NCBI RefSeq assembly: GCF_964204645.1
Contig: NC_134026.1
Span: 17,890,150 to 17,954,149 of the forward strand
Origin: Tubulanus polymorphus
Lineage: Eukaryota > Animalia > Nemertea
Direction: 5' to 3'
DNA length: 64,000 bases
A program made the position numbers and the translations under genes. The notes beneath the pieces were generated by a model, which did no database searches, was not told the DNA's origin, and was given only the letters and a program-made list of their open reading frames with translations. Shown one piece after another: positions 11,701 to 26,181 of this stretch (position 1 is its first letter; each line of letters opens with the position of its first letter).

Positions 11701-14700
11701 CTTGTTTGTTTCTCCGTAGTCGGCAAATCCGTACATAGTCAAATTATCCATACTCGATGATGAACTAGCATTGAATGTAAGTTGCCTTATTTCTAACCCT
11801 TTTGTATGCAATTTCCATCATTGCGAGATGTATTAGGTTTCCCCAATATATTCATCAGAGGCATTGAATATTGAAATGTTTAGATTATTGAGCATTTCAA
11901 AACATCTCCCAAGTGGGCATATTGTCCCAGGCCCTATATTCCACTGGTTACATAAAACAATGGTTATTTTTCAGGGATATGCTCAAGTTGTTTCTACAGC
12001 ATTGACAGAGTTTAATCGGTAAGCAGTACAGAATTAATATTATGTCAACAAATATTCTATATGTAAATTTGGTTATGAGGTTGAGTTACTGTAATACTGT
12101 GTGTTTGATATGAGAAGGATATTTCCCTAGCATATTTAAATCAATGAAATTATATTTCAAAATTATTTGATAAACAGACAGCACTGTACTTGAAAAAAAG
12201 ATTCATATGGATATCCATACAAGATATTCTTCAATTGATATCAGAGATGCTAGTTTTCCGGAAATATCCGGAATTCCGGAAATTTAGGATCGCCGATGTC
12301 AATTCCGGAAATTGGGTGAGAATTCCTCGCGGCGACCAGTAATGGCACGGACCGTAAAAGCGTTCATTTGCTTGTACTCGTCGTCGCTTCTGTGTTATTT
12401 TATCTTGGTCTCTGTTTCCGAGGACGTTCTGCTACAATGTATATACGTGTGCTTGTTGTGGTATCTGTGCGTGCGTAGGCGGAGCGCCACTGTTGTGACG
12501 CCATTTCCAATTAATAGTCAAATCTTTACGCGCCGTTGTACATCGTCCCGCTGACGGCCAACAATGTGAAGATGCACGTGGTAATAATTAAGATTATATT
12601 TAATAAATATCATCTCAATTATTAGCACGTGCGTGCTATGTCCTGAGGCACGCAGCTTTGTAACTTTCTTTTTACCTGCAGCTGTCAAGCGGGACGGTCT
12701 GCAAAATGAGCACGCACGGAAAGATTGTCAGTCGGGAGTCGGCCGATATAAAGGCAATTGACAGCGGTATAAAAAATAAATTTAACTGGCACTGGCTAGA
12801 GTGTAAGGACAGTAACGGGGACTACTTATCGAACTACATTCGTAAGTTAGACTTAGCTGGCGTGGCGTACTGCGTCGTTTGTAAAGACCAGGTCAAATAC
12901 GGTAGTGGCGAGAAAAAAGATATTCTTCGTCACCCGGATAGCGCGCGGCATAAGAAGGCAGCGAGGGGTGTGAAGCACAACGAATGCCTGCCGTCATATT
13001 TTCAGATGGAAGATGCCGATCGTGACACTGCCGCTAGTACATCGACACAAGGAAAAGTATCCGTTCCGTATGGTGCTGCTCCGCATATTGAAAATGTAGT
13101 AACAGTTACCGAGACCACCCAGATCGCTCTAGAACGCATCTCCGGCAGTGCAAAAACGCAAAATTTTGTCTGGGGGAGGGCCTCCAGACCCCCTTTCTAA
13201 ATTCCGGAATTTTGGTACTTTGGCCCTAGCATCTCTGTGATATGCACAGTTTTGTTGAATAGATTTAATGGAGGGTATACATTGCCTTGGATGCGTGTCG
13301 GGTCCGTGTAGGGTGATAAGCATTCGTGTGGAGGCATGGCATTCCCCTACAGCAGTTTCCTATTCCGATTCAGCATTCATACAATTAAGTGTAGAATCTG
13401 TAATCATAAGTTTTATGGGTTTTGTTGTTTCCCAGCATTTTCTTAAGTAAATGTATATTCGAAAAGACCGTAAATCAATACCTCCCACGGTATTTATGAA
13501 CGTGGGTATAGTCAATCTCTAGCTGACTATAGAAGCTACATTTTTTTGGACCTATGATTAGCTAAACCCAGGTCAGTCAGTCTGTCTGAAAAGATCATTA
13601 ATTCTGTAAAATAATTATTAGATTGGCTAAAATCTGTGATCAAGCTTGTACTACTATTAGATAGGAATTCAAAAAATTAAGCTGCCAATGACCAATTGAG
13701 CTTTTATTAGGGGATGGGCTTAGTGGAATATTATCAATTGTGAATGGAAACCACAATCAGTTTACTGAATCACAGATTCATCGATTTTGTTAAGTATTGG
13801 TTAATTGCTTTTCGCTTTCAGACATTATCAAATCAAAACTGAGGAACCGCAAGGAGGATTTTTCTCAACCTTGACCAATATGGTCAGTGTACTATTTTCA
13901 GTGTTGACATTGAATGGTCGTAAATTTTTCTCAGTATTTTAAATATTTTTGGTTTTGAATTTTTCTAGATGAGCAGTATTCTAGTAGCTGAAGAAAGAAG
14001 AGTGGCAGCAGTTAGGTATGTAAATGAATACATGAGTATATCTGGCTATTCCCAACTTTGGGGTGGTGTTCCTTGAGTTGCATTCAATTTTTCAATATGG
14101 TTCTTTTTCAATGAATGCCCAGTAAATATGGCCCAGAAAATATCTAAATAACAAAATGGAACTGAAAGTTAGAAGAAATGGACTTACTTACGTAAAACCA
14201 CCTCTACAAGTCCATATAGTTCAACTAATATGTTAACTGTTGATTAACTAGACCAATGGCGACTAATATTTGACGTTTTCCTGACAATTTCGTATAATTT
14301 AAGGTACTATGATATCTCATAACTAGATAATCACTACCTGAAAATTTCAGTGTATGAATGTATTAAAGGGAACATTTAAGTAGATATAAATTAAAGTAGA
14401 TGTAATTGAGATTTATCCAAACTTACAAAACCCTCATCATTTCATCTTGGAGATACTATCAGCAACCCACATTTAATGATTTAATCTTTTCTTCCAGGGC
14501 AAATGATTCAATTTTATTGGCATTGTATGAAGCTGTGCATTTAAACCGAAACTTCATAACTACATTAACTCATGTAAGTAAATGATAGCAACTAATGGTA
14601 GATACCTTGTAATCATCATTTATGGAAATTTCTTCAAGACATGTTTGATTTGTGACTTGAGAGTTTATCTTCAAATTTTGTATTTACCGTTAGAAATTTT

Positions 14701-17700
14701 TTTTAGAATTGTCCCTTATCTATGTGCTGGAAAATTGTGAATTAATTCAATTGATTTTATTTAATGTGAAAAAGATTTTTTCATCATAGGCTCACACTCC
14801 ATCAACACCTGCAACACCTCCTGACAGTCCTACATCTCCTCGGCCACCAAATATTGAAGGTACGTGAAGGCCCTTTATACCAAAGATTCGATCGTCCAAC
14901 CAAGGAATCCTGTGCAGTTCCAATGTGCTTGTGCTTCTTGTTGGTATTATTACCCCCAGCCTACATTTCTGAACATCACTCATCTATACTACATATGGTA
15001 TACATGTGTAAGTTGCTACCATTTATCAGTCCAGGTAACCACTAGCCTTTGTGTTGAGGGAAGCGATGAGGAAAAGTGTCTTGCTCGAGGTCACTGTGTC
15101 ATGCTGCAGGATTCAAACTCATCTGGCATGTTTGAATAGAATGCAGGGATGAGAATTCCCCGCGGATCCGCGGGCGGTATTGAAAAATATCAATTTTCCA
15201 AATAGTCAAAAAATGATGTAAAAGTATAGGGGGTGATGATCTCACTCAATTGGTTCAGGTGAACCGTAAAAGCGTTCAGTGCCTGTTTTACTTATCGTCG
15301 CATATCGCATTTCAATGCATATTCATTGCAACACTGATTTTGTATCTACTACGATGAGTGTGTATGTATTTTATCGATCTGTTGCAGACATGCGCGCACG
15401 GCAGCAGTAGTAATGGCCTACTTACGCCTTCAGATATTATACACTACTGGGTGATGATTTTTAGTGAGCATTCATCGGAGCATTTTAACTGCAATAATTC
15501 AGGGCTTGACCCGTAATGCATGAGATGCTGAATGTCATCGAATGAGGATGTGCCACATTGGAACTTGCCATTACCTTCCAAAATATAATAGTCGTTCATG
15601 GGTTCAAGATCGCTCTAAGTGGTCGGAAAACGCTTTTGATTTCTAAAATTTTCTTGGGGATGACCCCCCAAGATAGCTTTGCGCCTTTGGCGCTCGTGAG
15701 TGCTGACTGCGTAGCTGGTTCGCGTTTGTAACTCAAGAAAAAACTGTGGATTTTATAGGTCGGCGTTCTCATCTCTTAGAATGTTGTAACTACTACTGCT
15801 ACTTGCCCATGCCACTTCAGGATGCTCTTATATTTAATTTCCTATCATTTAACCTCAGTCAAAATGATAATCTTGACTGGCACAGAGCTTTGTACTCCAC
15901 CTGAGAAATCAATGTAAACTGGAGCCTGAAAACTAACTTACATCATAGAAAAGTTCATCATATATTTCGCACAAATTGGAACTCAAAAAATGTAGTTAAG
16001 TTTTTGGCTTATTCATATTGATGAGTTAATTGGGCTGTTATTTGTTGCAGGAGTTCAAAATATTGATCCAACTGAGGTGACTGAACCAACGAGCCAACCT
16101 ACGAATCTTTTAGTCACATTTCTCGAGTATACATCAATAGTTATGCAAGACACTAAAGACGAAACTCGTTACAACAATGCAAAACTGTGTATGATCATTT
16201 TAACATGTATCTCTGAGGATCAGTATGCCAATTCATTGATGCACGATATCAACATGAACTTTCGAGTTCCTATTCACAGACTGGTAAGTAGACTCAATGT
16301 CGTCCCTTATGATTTGTATGCATTTTGCCTAGAAATGTATAGCACTGATAATCACATGTGGTATATAGCATGAATTAACACATCTGATCCGAGTATATTT
16401 GTGGTAGCATTTTGATTGCTGCATGCAAGGCAGAGCTGAGTAGAAAGCTAGCTACAAATAGCGTTTCCCAATTGTTGACTGCTGAGCCTGATTAGTTTAA
16501 GTAATTTGCATTTTCCTCCTTGTTTGTAATGCTGCTTTCAAATGGGAACAGACAATATTCAGTTAAAATTTTATGGGCCTTTTTCATGTATTGTGAAGTT
16601 ACTTCAACAATCCTAACTGCTTTTACTTCACCAGATACAATGTAATCCTATACTGCTCAAAATAATCCTAAATAAAAACTACATTTTGAATTGATATATT
16701 TCATATACGTGGGAACTGAACCAAGATTGTAATTTCGGTATGCAGGATCTACATGATAACAGCTTCATTATCGGCATGTCATTGTTAGCAACTTATCATA
16801 TGTTCTTGCAGCCAATGAGACACAGAAAAGCTACAGTAGACCGGAGGCCTCCATCAAGACCATTAGCTTGTGCACTTTTGGGTATGTCCTTTTTCATACA
16901 TTTAGGTTGTGGATAATTCAAAATTCAAATCCCAATTATGATAGCCATACCACCATAGGGATGAATCTGAAGTAGAATTGTTACAAAACTCCTGAATCTG
17001 TTGCGGATTTTCTGTGGTGATTGATCTTACACGGATATTGTGTATCTTCTAGACTCATTTTCCCCTATAATCTGGACGCTGATGTTACACAATAAAATGT
17101 TAGTAGTGTCCCTGGAGCCCTAGTGTCAAATTTTATAACACACATGTACAGCTTTATTTAATCAAACATTTCTCATTTTAGATTTGATGGTGGAATTCAT
17201 CATGAGTCACATGATGAAAAACTTTCCGTTAGAGCTCTACAGGTAATAACAAATTTAGAATTAAACTCCGATTCATTTTAGAAAGTCAATTTAACTCCTA
17301 TTTGTATGTATTGATGAAATGTCTGAGACAACAGTATTCTGGTGGTCATCTTATTCAAATCATTTACTTGGTGGAATAACTGTTATAACACTTCTATATC
17401 CTAGCACTTTTTGAAAAATCTTAGCTTTCGTACATCTAACCTTTGATTAATTAATCATTCAAATCTCACATCTTACATGATGGAATTACCAGCATAAGAT
17501 ATTAAGTTCAAATTCATTTTTCACAAATGATGATATACCAAGGGGCATGTATTTGATTGTTGGTTTGATTTTGCTACTGTAAAGGGTTTTCTCTTTGTTT
17601 TAATGATTGTAGGAAATGTTTGGGTATAACACATCGTGTGTTGTGTTACCAAAAGAGATGTAGAGTAAGATTGCAGTACGCATGGAAAGAACTTTGGACT

Positions 17701-20700
17701 GGTATGTATCATATGTATCTGATCATTATCTGATTATTGTGTATCATGCACAGCATTGATTGCGTCTTTTCTAAATTGATCAATTCCAGGTTTCAAGTTA
17801 GAATGGACTAAGTAGTGATAGTGTGAATGCAGCTAATTTGTTTCATATTTTGGGTTGATGCACGAACTGTAGTTTTATCCATTTAAGCCTCGTGAAAATC
17901 AAAAATTTTTTTTTTGTATGGATTCTATTTTTCATAAAAGTACATTGTAGTTAGATATTTATCATCTTTTTAGGTCGATAAATTGTATGATTTATTTACA
18001 GTGATGATGAATCTATTGAAATTTTTAATGTCGAATGAAACGCATCTCATGAAGAAGCACAACATATTCCCTATTGCTTCCCAGGTAAGTTATTTTGGTC
18101 ATAAAAACCATCACAGTATATCCACATCTAAATTCCTGATGGCTATTTACAATCCAGTCATTTTTAGTAAACAGTATATTTGACATCACAGAGTCTAAAC
18201 CATCACCATCCATCTATCTTATGAGTAATTGCTTAGCTGGTATGAAAGCAGTGTTGTAGTGTTTTTGTTCTATGTTGAGCCTTATTTTTATCCTACTAAG
18301 TGTGGGAGCGGATAAGAGGCAGATCCTTGAAAATGATGCCTTAAGGAAGACCGGTATAATGTTGTTTTTTGTAGGTTGTGAATATATTCAATTTGTTCAT
18401 CACATATGGTGATACATTTTTACCTAGTCCAAATAGTTATGATGAGCTTTACTATGAAATAATCCGGATGCATCAGGTATTCGACAACTTGTATTCCATG
18501 GGTAAGTTCTTACTTGTACTCGATCAATGAATCATCATGGTTTTTTTCAGCCAGCAGTACCTTTGTTCCATCTTTGTTCTCTTCCTCTTGGACTTATTTA
18601 TAATCAGTTTAAGTAAAGGGCATTTGCACTTTCCTCCAGCTTTTCGATGTTGTCGGCAAAGATATACATTCCCACTTAAATCGCCAAGCTCGATAACCAA
18701 ACCATATTGGCTCAATAGAATTACTTATCATCAAAACAGGTCCAAAGGGAAATTAAGGTTCTCAGTGATAGTACGGCCTGGGTCAAACTCGAGCCAGTTG
18801 CAGATGGTGAACAGCGCACCATACGGCTCGAAATATAATCGTTGAACTGATACAGATAAAAATAGACTGACAGGAAAGTCTCTGTCTTATCATCTGGGTC
18901 ATGGCACCTCACTTCCCACAGGTCGTTATTTTTCACAGTTAATGAGGGTATTTGCTTACATAGTAAGTGCTAATACACAAACATATTTTACTACTGTTTG
19001 ACTGAGTAGAATCAGGGAAGTAATGAGATTACACTTCCCTGGTAGAATCATGAGAACAGACCATCGAAACACATCAACGCAATACTAGCGACAAAATCAA
19101 GATACCTTTCATTTTCATCGTCACAATAAATAAGACATTGAATCGACATATAATAATTAATGATAACAATTTGATAGTTTTGATTTGATTTATCAAGTTC
19201 ATCTATTATCAAATGATTCATATCATCGAAATTATATAAACGATTTTATTCTGTTTAGAACCGATATCAACCATAGCGAGTATAAATTAATTTTGGTTAA
19301 ACAATTTCTAGTTATATGAATAAAAAACTAACCCGATTCAGTTTATTAATATGATATTCAAGTCTTTTGGCATCACTTTTCGTGTGATCGCGTCTCGATA
19401 AAAAACAAGTGACTTGTGAAATTTGCAGAATCGACGAAGCTTCTTCAGAAATGTTTCTAGCTATCGTATCAACTCTGGCCACGAGGATTAGGACCCCTTG
19501 CAACTTAAGGTGGTGTTCGAATCGCCGAAATAAATGTAAAATATAAATTTGCAATTGAAATGGTAGAACGATCAGACTAATGAAACTAAATACGACGTAA
19601 TTATTGATGGTTTAACTGGAGTTATGTTGCTACGCTGGAATTTACGCCAAAGTAAGTGACGATTCTGCCAGTTCGATAAAATATTAGACGAACAGGTAAC
19701 AGAATAACATTCTAATCCGCAAACGAGGAATTCAACGTGCTTTAAAACGATAAATAATTTCACTATAGCGGTAAAAATGTCCCATCATTAAATTTTATTC
19801 ATCAGTATATTCAACTGCCACGATTTGGTAATTCAGCGAAAGTTCAAACACCCACTTGGAAATAGTGCAGGCCACATCCTACCAGCGCGGTAGTTTGTGT
19901 ATAATGTTTACAGGAACACATCTGGCTCTCACCAGTTTCACACAGTACCATAATGACGATTCAAAAAAACTTTTTTCATGTATCTTTGAAATCATTTTGA
20001 TCATATTATTTTTCTAAGTTATATTTCACTGATTCCATGGATGTTTTTTCATAAAAATTCCTCCAGTAATAACGGATTTGAACATAAAATCTGTATTTTC
20101 AATATATTCAATTTTTGTTCAATTTCGATGAAATTTTGACACAACATTGCTGATAAGAAACCTAGATGATATTGAAATATTCAGTTTCATACAACTTTTA
20201 GGTAAAAAGTTTTCTGACCCCCAAAGTATGCACTAGAGAGCGGCACCTGTTTGGTTTTTGGTGTTATGACTCTAGGTTACTGTGTGAAGTTTGTTGCACC
20301 GCTTTTGTCCCGGTACTAGTAGAGTATTTCCAGGCAGTTTCGCGCGACCTACCGTATGTAGGCCAGCTCTCGGTGACATTTCTCTCCCTGCAACCAGTAA
20401 ATTTCACGTCATTGATACGGATATAGCCGAGTCGAAAAAGCGATGAAATCACCAAAATTACTAATATAGCGGGATTTTATACGAATAAGATTTCAACTCT
20501 TCCATTTCTTCAAGATTTCCATCTTAATGTAGAAAAAAACCGGGAATTCATAAACCAATTATCTGTTCAGTTATGGTTCTGTCAGTGCAAAAATAGCCCA
20601 TTTCGAGGCTAAAGTACTGAATTAATCATTCCAACCTATATATTTTTCCAGGATCTTTTAGAATAGTGTAGGTTGGAGCATTGGAAACATAAATCAACTC

Positions 20701-22993
20701 GTGAACTTTGATAGGAAAATCCCGCTTTTTTTTTTCTGAGCGACAGAAGTTTTCAGGATAGATTTGTGTAGCGCAAATGATGATCTTTCTGAAAACAAAT
20801 TACATACACAGATAGCCCAAAATCTTCTTCTTTGAATAAAGCAAGAATTAAAAGAATCGGATGAATAATGACGAAGTTATGACCATTTTGAATAGACAAG
20901 CTGCGCTCTGCATCGCACTATACATTGACCCGCGCCGTACTATCACTGAGTTTTTGATCCCGGAATCTTATTTCACACACAGACCAAATCTTTATAGATA
21001 CAACATTTTTGTGTAAATCTGACATTGTTTCCCCTGTTCAGCCACTGAGCCTCATGCTACAATTATTAGAGTGGGGACATCCATTTAGAACATTCAAAAG
21101 TGATAATTAGGTGCATACCGTTATGCAGAGCCATGTTCCCTGTATGCATTTGTATGCATTTTCACAGACCCCCTATCGTGCGAACGTACAAAATGGATGG
21201 TCCCTATTAGATTGAGATCATCTATTCTTCCTATTGATATGGTAATTTTCTCAATTTAGCCCTTAGGTATACAACTACAGATACCGATGCAAAAGAATCG
21301 GCTGCAAAACTTACAAGTCATCTCGTTAATGTGAGGTAAGATGACTGAATGTATGTACTTAGCATGACCGATTACTCATTGTGATTACTTTCGTGAAACT
21401 TAAAGAATGGTTAATATTCAATTGTATGTTTAATTGTTTCATAATCTAATATACAACTACATCCTAAGCTTGTCTTTTCTATTTCAGAGCAATTATCAAC
21501 CATTTCACCCCTAAAGTTGATTCATGGGCTACAGCAAATCATTTATCTTCACTGACTGAAGATCAGGTGAGAAAATTCAGTAATTTATGTCCCCTGTCGC
21601 TCTGCAGAGTTTTTTTATGAGCAGGATTAAGTCTGAACCAGTCGATGGAGTCTTTTGAAATTTTATGGCATGATGTTGGATAATGTCGGGAAGAAGTTAT
21701 TGATTTTGGAGGTTCCACCTTTCAAAATGACCAGCAAACATCCGCATAATAGGTTGCAGTCTGAACCAGTTGATGGAATCTTATGAAATATTGAAATATA
21801 TTATGCATGATTGTCGGATCATACATTAAAGGACCCTATTGATGGGTAAGGTTTCACCTTTCAAGAAGATGGCCAACTGACCGCCAGCTTCATTCTTTAA
21901 ACTACCGGTAGTACACACAATACAGGCTGAACCAGTGGATGTAATCTTTAGAATTTTATGACATGATGTCCAATCATGTAGGGAAGAATTTGGGGTTTGG
22001 CTGGCAGCCATCTTTTTTCTTTAAAATTGCTATTTAAGCAAACATCCTTTTCGAAAGGTTTGGTATATGTATATGTATACTCCTAAGGGAAGCAACATAA
22101 AATATATTGGGTCCATCCAAAATAAAATGGCTGTCAAAAAGGTCATTTTAGAACACATCACTTCTCATGGATTTGGGATTGCCCAGTGTATTGTTAAGAC
22201 CACCAGGAGTTAAATATTGAAATGTATGAATTATTTCAATATTGGTACCTGTGCATACCTTCTAATCAAAATCAACTGCAAAGTTGTAGATCATGACGCT
22301 CTCTATGATTGTTATGTTTTCAAGATCATTGGCATTGAATTTTGAAATTGACAGATTATTGAATATCATTTATATCACTTGCATAGTGGGTATAGAATCC
22401 CTGGACCCCTTGTTTGTATATAGCGACATGGGCATAATGCATTTTGCTTGTTTGTCATAGCATATCATTTATTACTCGCTGTGCTGGTATTTTGTGAATA
22501 CAGTCAACCCCCGATATACCGCCCTCATCGGTGCAGAACGATTTTGGCGTTTTAGAGAGTATGGCAGTATATCGGGAGTGTTTTACTATGTAATTGTATT
22601 GAGATGTACATCGAGAAAACCTGGCGGTAGACGGGGGTGGCGGTAAATGGGAGGACGGTATATCGGGGGTTGACTGTAATTGCCATTTTTGTAACTTAGG
22701 TGCTAGAGGTTGTTAGAACCAACTATGATACATTGACCTTAAAACTACAAGAAAACCTTGATCAGTTTGAAAGATACAGCGAAAAACCAAAAGAATCATC
22801 TTTTTTCACAACCCTGGTATGTATACTGTTATAAGCTTGTTATATTTTCAATAAATATTTCTCATGATTTAACATGTTTAATTCTGTGTTTGTATTTCAG
22901 GTGAGGTCAATTATCGGTGGTGTTCAAAAAACGCTCAATGTTCACTGTATGGATCATGTGGATATCTTAAAGGAGTTTTCAACAATTTCATGA
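8747..22993 (+). CDS. ARMH3: Armadillo-like helical domain-containing protein 3 (C10orf76/UPF0668), 23 coding exons, 695 aa
   Basis: Hand-spliced GT-AG exons: 8747-8884, 8984-9040, 9118-9183, 9368-9448, 9634-9741, 10694-10786, 11401-11562, 11720-11776, 11975-12018, 13822-13882, 13969-14015, 14498-14573, 14790-14859, 16051-16283, 16812-16881, 17182-17242, 17613-17701, 18002-18084, 18375-18501, 21260-21335, 21488-21566, 22700-22816, 22901-22993 (2088 nt, phases consistent). Peptides match ARMH3 as I recall it: [111 protein letters not shown]-terminus LKEFSTIS*. Confidence 0.95.
12242..13237 (+). mobile_element. Internally deleted hAT-like DNA transposon in ARMH3 intron 9, 6-bp TSD
   Basis: TIR cagagatgctag / ctagcatctctg. 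TSD tgatat at 12236-12241 and 13238-13243. Contains the transposase N-terminal ORF. Confidence 0.8.
12706..13200 (+). pseudogene. Truncated transposase N-terminus with zinc finger
   Basis: [10 protein letters not shown]...YIRK...[12 protein letters not shown]...RH...RH resembles the BED/U1-like zinc finger at the start of hAT-type transposases. The ORF runs into the right terminal region and lacks a DDE domain. Confidence 0.65.
15144..15777. mobile_element. hAT-like MITE in ARMH3 intron 13, 6-bp TSD
   Basis: TIR cagggatgagaa / ttctcatctct(t). agaatg duplicated on both sides. Confidence 0.65.
21585..22414. mobile_element. Degenerate HINE/Helentron-like non-autonomous element in intron 21
   Basis: 5' ttatgtcccc start, internal degenerate repeats (ctgaaccagt.gatgga), 3' ...ccctggaccccttgttt. 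A similar 3' end occurs at ~49970. Confidence 0.4.
22501..22676. mobile_element. Tc1/mariner (pogo/Tigger-like) MITE
   Basis: TIR cagtcaacccccgatatacc / ggtatatcgggggttgactg, flanked by TA on both sides. Confidence 0.85.
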
Positions 22994-23458
22994 TTGAAGT
23001 CAATTTTTATGATGAATCTACGGGAGACTTATGATAATCAATGGTGTAATTGATTGTGAAAGGAAATGTACAGTGAAAAGTGTGAATGCAGTTCTAATTC
23101 ACATATATGCATGTTAGATGTTTACTGAAGAATTCAACCATTTTATTTCTATTCTGAATTCACAAAATTTACCGTAAATGGCAGTATTTACATTTAAATA
23201 CATGTAAAATACTTTAAGAGAAAATCAGACAACTCGCCCATTAGCGGCTTACATACATTTCAGCCAGTGCACCCTAGAGCCATGATCTGAGCCAACAGAT
23301 CAAAATAAGCTTGTGGAAATGCATCAGTTAGAGATACATTTAATTGATGACTTATGTTTCTAGTTGTGGAATATATTGGAACTTGTGTGGTTGTTTTACC
23401 TTTTAGCGATAGCTCTAGTGATCACTAGGCTTTAAAAAGAATTTTGATCTGTTAATTC

Positions 23459-24648
23459 CAGGGCCGTCAGAAGGTATAAACTATCGGTATGGCCATCCCC
23501 AACCGTACCTAATAAGGAGAAGCGCGTAGCCAATTTTGAAAAATTGACTTATGATACGCAATCTCATCTTCACCCGTCAAAGGATTCGAACCCACTATGC
23601 TAAAGCTGTTCGCCGAACCCCTTGACCTCACGAGTCGTTGGAGTCGTTACTAGCCGACCAAAATCCGGTCGTACCAATCACAGCGCCTGTAACAAACAAC
23701 ATTAGGCTTCTGTTGGTTTTCCCGTTAATTGGACCAATCAGCGAACGTTTTACCGAACAAGGAAGTATTTCGCAATTCGATAAATGACGTCATACGCAAC
23801 AGCGCCAGTAATGAAATCACGCGTCGTGAGGCCAGGGGGCTGGTGGAAGCGAGGGCGGGAGCGATACCGGACCACTGGCAAGCGAGGATGGCGCATTCTG
23901 GGAGCATTTCAGAATGCATTTTAATGGTCAATTTTGTTTCGTTTCCATCAAGCCCCAATAGCGGTGTCCCGTGCACCGTAAATTTTCGAGGACAAAATTT
24001 GCCAGTTCTATAGCCACACATCAAGAGTATTAATTGTCATGGCCGCCATCGGCATTGTGGCGATTTGTTGGGGAGATACTTGAAGGTGGTTAAAATTATA
24101 AGGTTGCTACACATGATTTAGACATCTATATACACAAAACCGGCTTTTTAATATCGTAATGAAATTTGGTCATCTGCTGTTCAATTTCCATGTAAGTTTT
24201 CGCGCAATAATAGCATGACCACCGCGTGGGCCACCTTTGGTTATCTGAGTTAGTCGACTATAGTCAAACTAAATGAAACCGAATGTCCGTTAGTCGGAAC
24301 TATATTCGGGAAATAGTTCGAAAATCAAGGCATTCATTTATTAGTTCCGAGCACTAGTCGACCAGATACGAAAACTGAAATTGGCCGTAGCTTTTTACTA
24401 GACTGGTACCCGGTATATTTGTTAGACGGATCCCGGTGTACAACATCATGATGCAGCGGCGTCGATGATGTCATCAACAATGACAACGGCACTGGGCCCA
24501 GCCTATGTTTACACAGAAAACAAAAACAACATAGATAGACCTGTGGTCGTCGGCGTGACAAATTTTATTACACAAATTTTGAAACATAATTGGCAAAATT
24601 ATTGGTCCGGCCATGGCTGTACTGGCTGAACCGGTTCCGCCGGCCCTG
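23459..24648. mobile_element. hAT-like non-autonomous element
   Basis: Ends cagggccgtcagaa / ttccgccggccctg. Imperfect 5-bp TSD aattc/tattc. Internal tRNA box-B-like ggattcgaaccc at ~23582. Confidence 0.5.
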
Positions 24649-26181
24649 TATTCAGATTTAGTTTTTATAGCATTGTTGTTTTGGGAGCGTGCAATGTGGC
24701 TACGTATTTCATTAATTCTTTTCATATGGTGTCTGTCACAAATCTTTCTTCATGGAAACTAAACACTCAGAAATGTGGGAATGCTCTGTAGATGTTGCTC
24801 AATAAGTTCTTGAAAAAACTTGTCTTGTTAGAATTTTAAAATGTTGGCATGTGTACATAGCTTATTCAAATACATATTTCCTTGTCAAATATAATTTCTG
24901 TCATGTGTGTAACTGTTTTCTGTTTTTAGCCTATGGCAGGGTATTATGGGTACTGGCACTCCACCAGGGGCAGATTAGGGTAAATGATGACTGTACACCA
25001 AAAATAGAAATTTCATCATTTACTGCCGAAAGGGCATTTTCCATTCATGCCCTTTTCTGCCATTTTCAACGGCTTTTTCATTAAATGCTGGACTGCAGAC
25101 TGTACTGCAGACCCAATTTTGCGGATGTGGAGAATTTTTAGCGCATTTAAAAAACCCAGACTATTGCATGTGCCCCAACAACTCTGCATTATTCGTTGTG
25201 AGAATCAGTTGATTTCCATTAATATTTGAACTTTATGGTTAGTGTCAAAAACTGAAAATTATCAAACAAGTCATTGGAAAGATCAGGGATTCGTTTTAGA
25301 GTCTATGGATAGATGTAAGATTCATTTTTGAAATGCTTAACAACCTGTCAACTTCAATATTCAACGCCCCCTGGTGAAGGACCAATCACCTTGAAAGTCA
25401 TCACAATCAGATCATGTCATGGGCTACAATTTTGCAAATTATTGTTGTAAACATATAGTATGCCTAGGTACCGGTACGCATGATATGCCTTTTTCATGGT
25501 TTATTTGATGATTTGAAAATAATTTCAAATGGTAGGCTTGGAAACATTGCTTAAGTCGATTTATTTCATAAGATGTTGCTCATTTTCTCTGATTCAAATC
25601 AGTCAAAGAAGACTTTCTGGCAATCCCTCGCAAGGGGAGATCGGCACAACGTTCAAATCGAGACACCATCCATAAAATTTGAACCATTGCAGTAAATTCT
25701 TTTTCACACAGTTGATACATCTGTTAGGAAACTTAATTTCGAAATTTTCTTAAGTGATTTTCTCCAGAAGTAAATTGAACAGAAACAAACAAGAAAAGGA
25801 TTTATTAAAAACAGAAAAAAATTACAGATTTTCGAGTAGAATATTCGAAAGGAGTACCGGTATAGACCTTCCAGTATTTTGCCCATATATCGTATCGTAT
25901 CGTATCCGTTTGGTACTCTGGTCTCTTAGACCTTGACCTCTCCTAGCGTAAATAAAAATCTCTACTGCAGCTTCGGTTGGTGCGCAGTTTTATAAATTCG
26001 TAAATCGATGCTCTGTCCCCTTACTAGTCCGCTTACTATTCCGTTTCCGCTAGCGTTTTTATAACACAATTCTAAAAAGTTTCATATATACACACGTAAC
26101 ATATGTTCAGAGTTTAATCCTTATAGGAATACAGCTTCGGGTGCGTACCGGTACTCCAATGTCTGTCAAGCCTGACCTTAA

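Noticed and set aside
19050-21000. Probable repeat insertion in ARMH3 intron 19
   Set aside because: Looks TE-like but I could not define termini, a TSD or a coding remnant.
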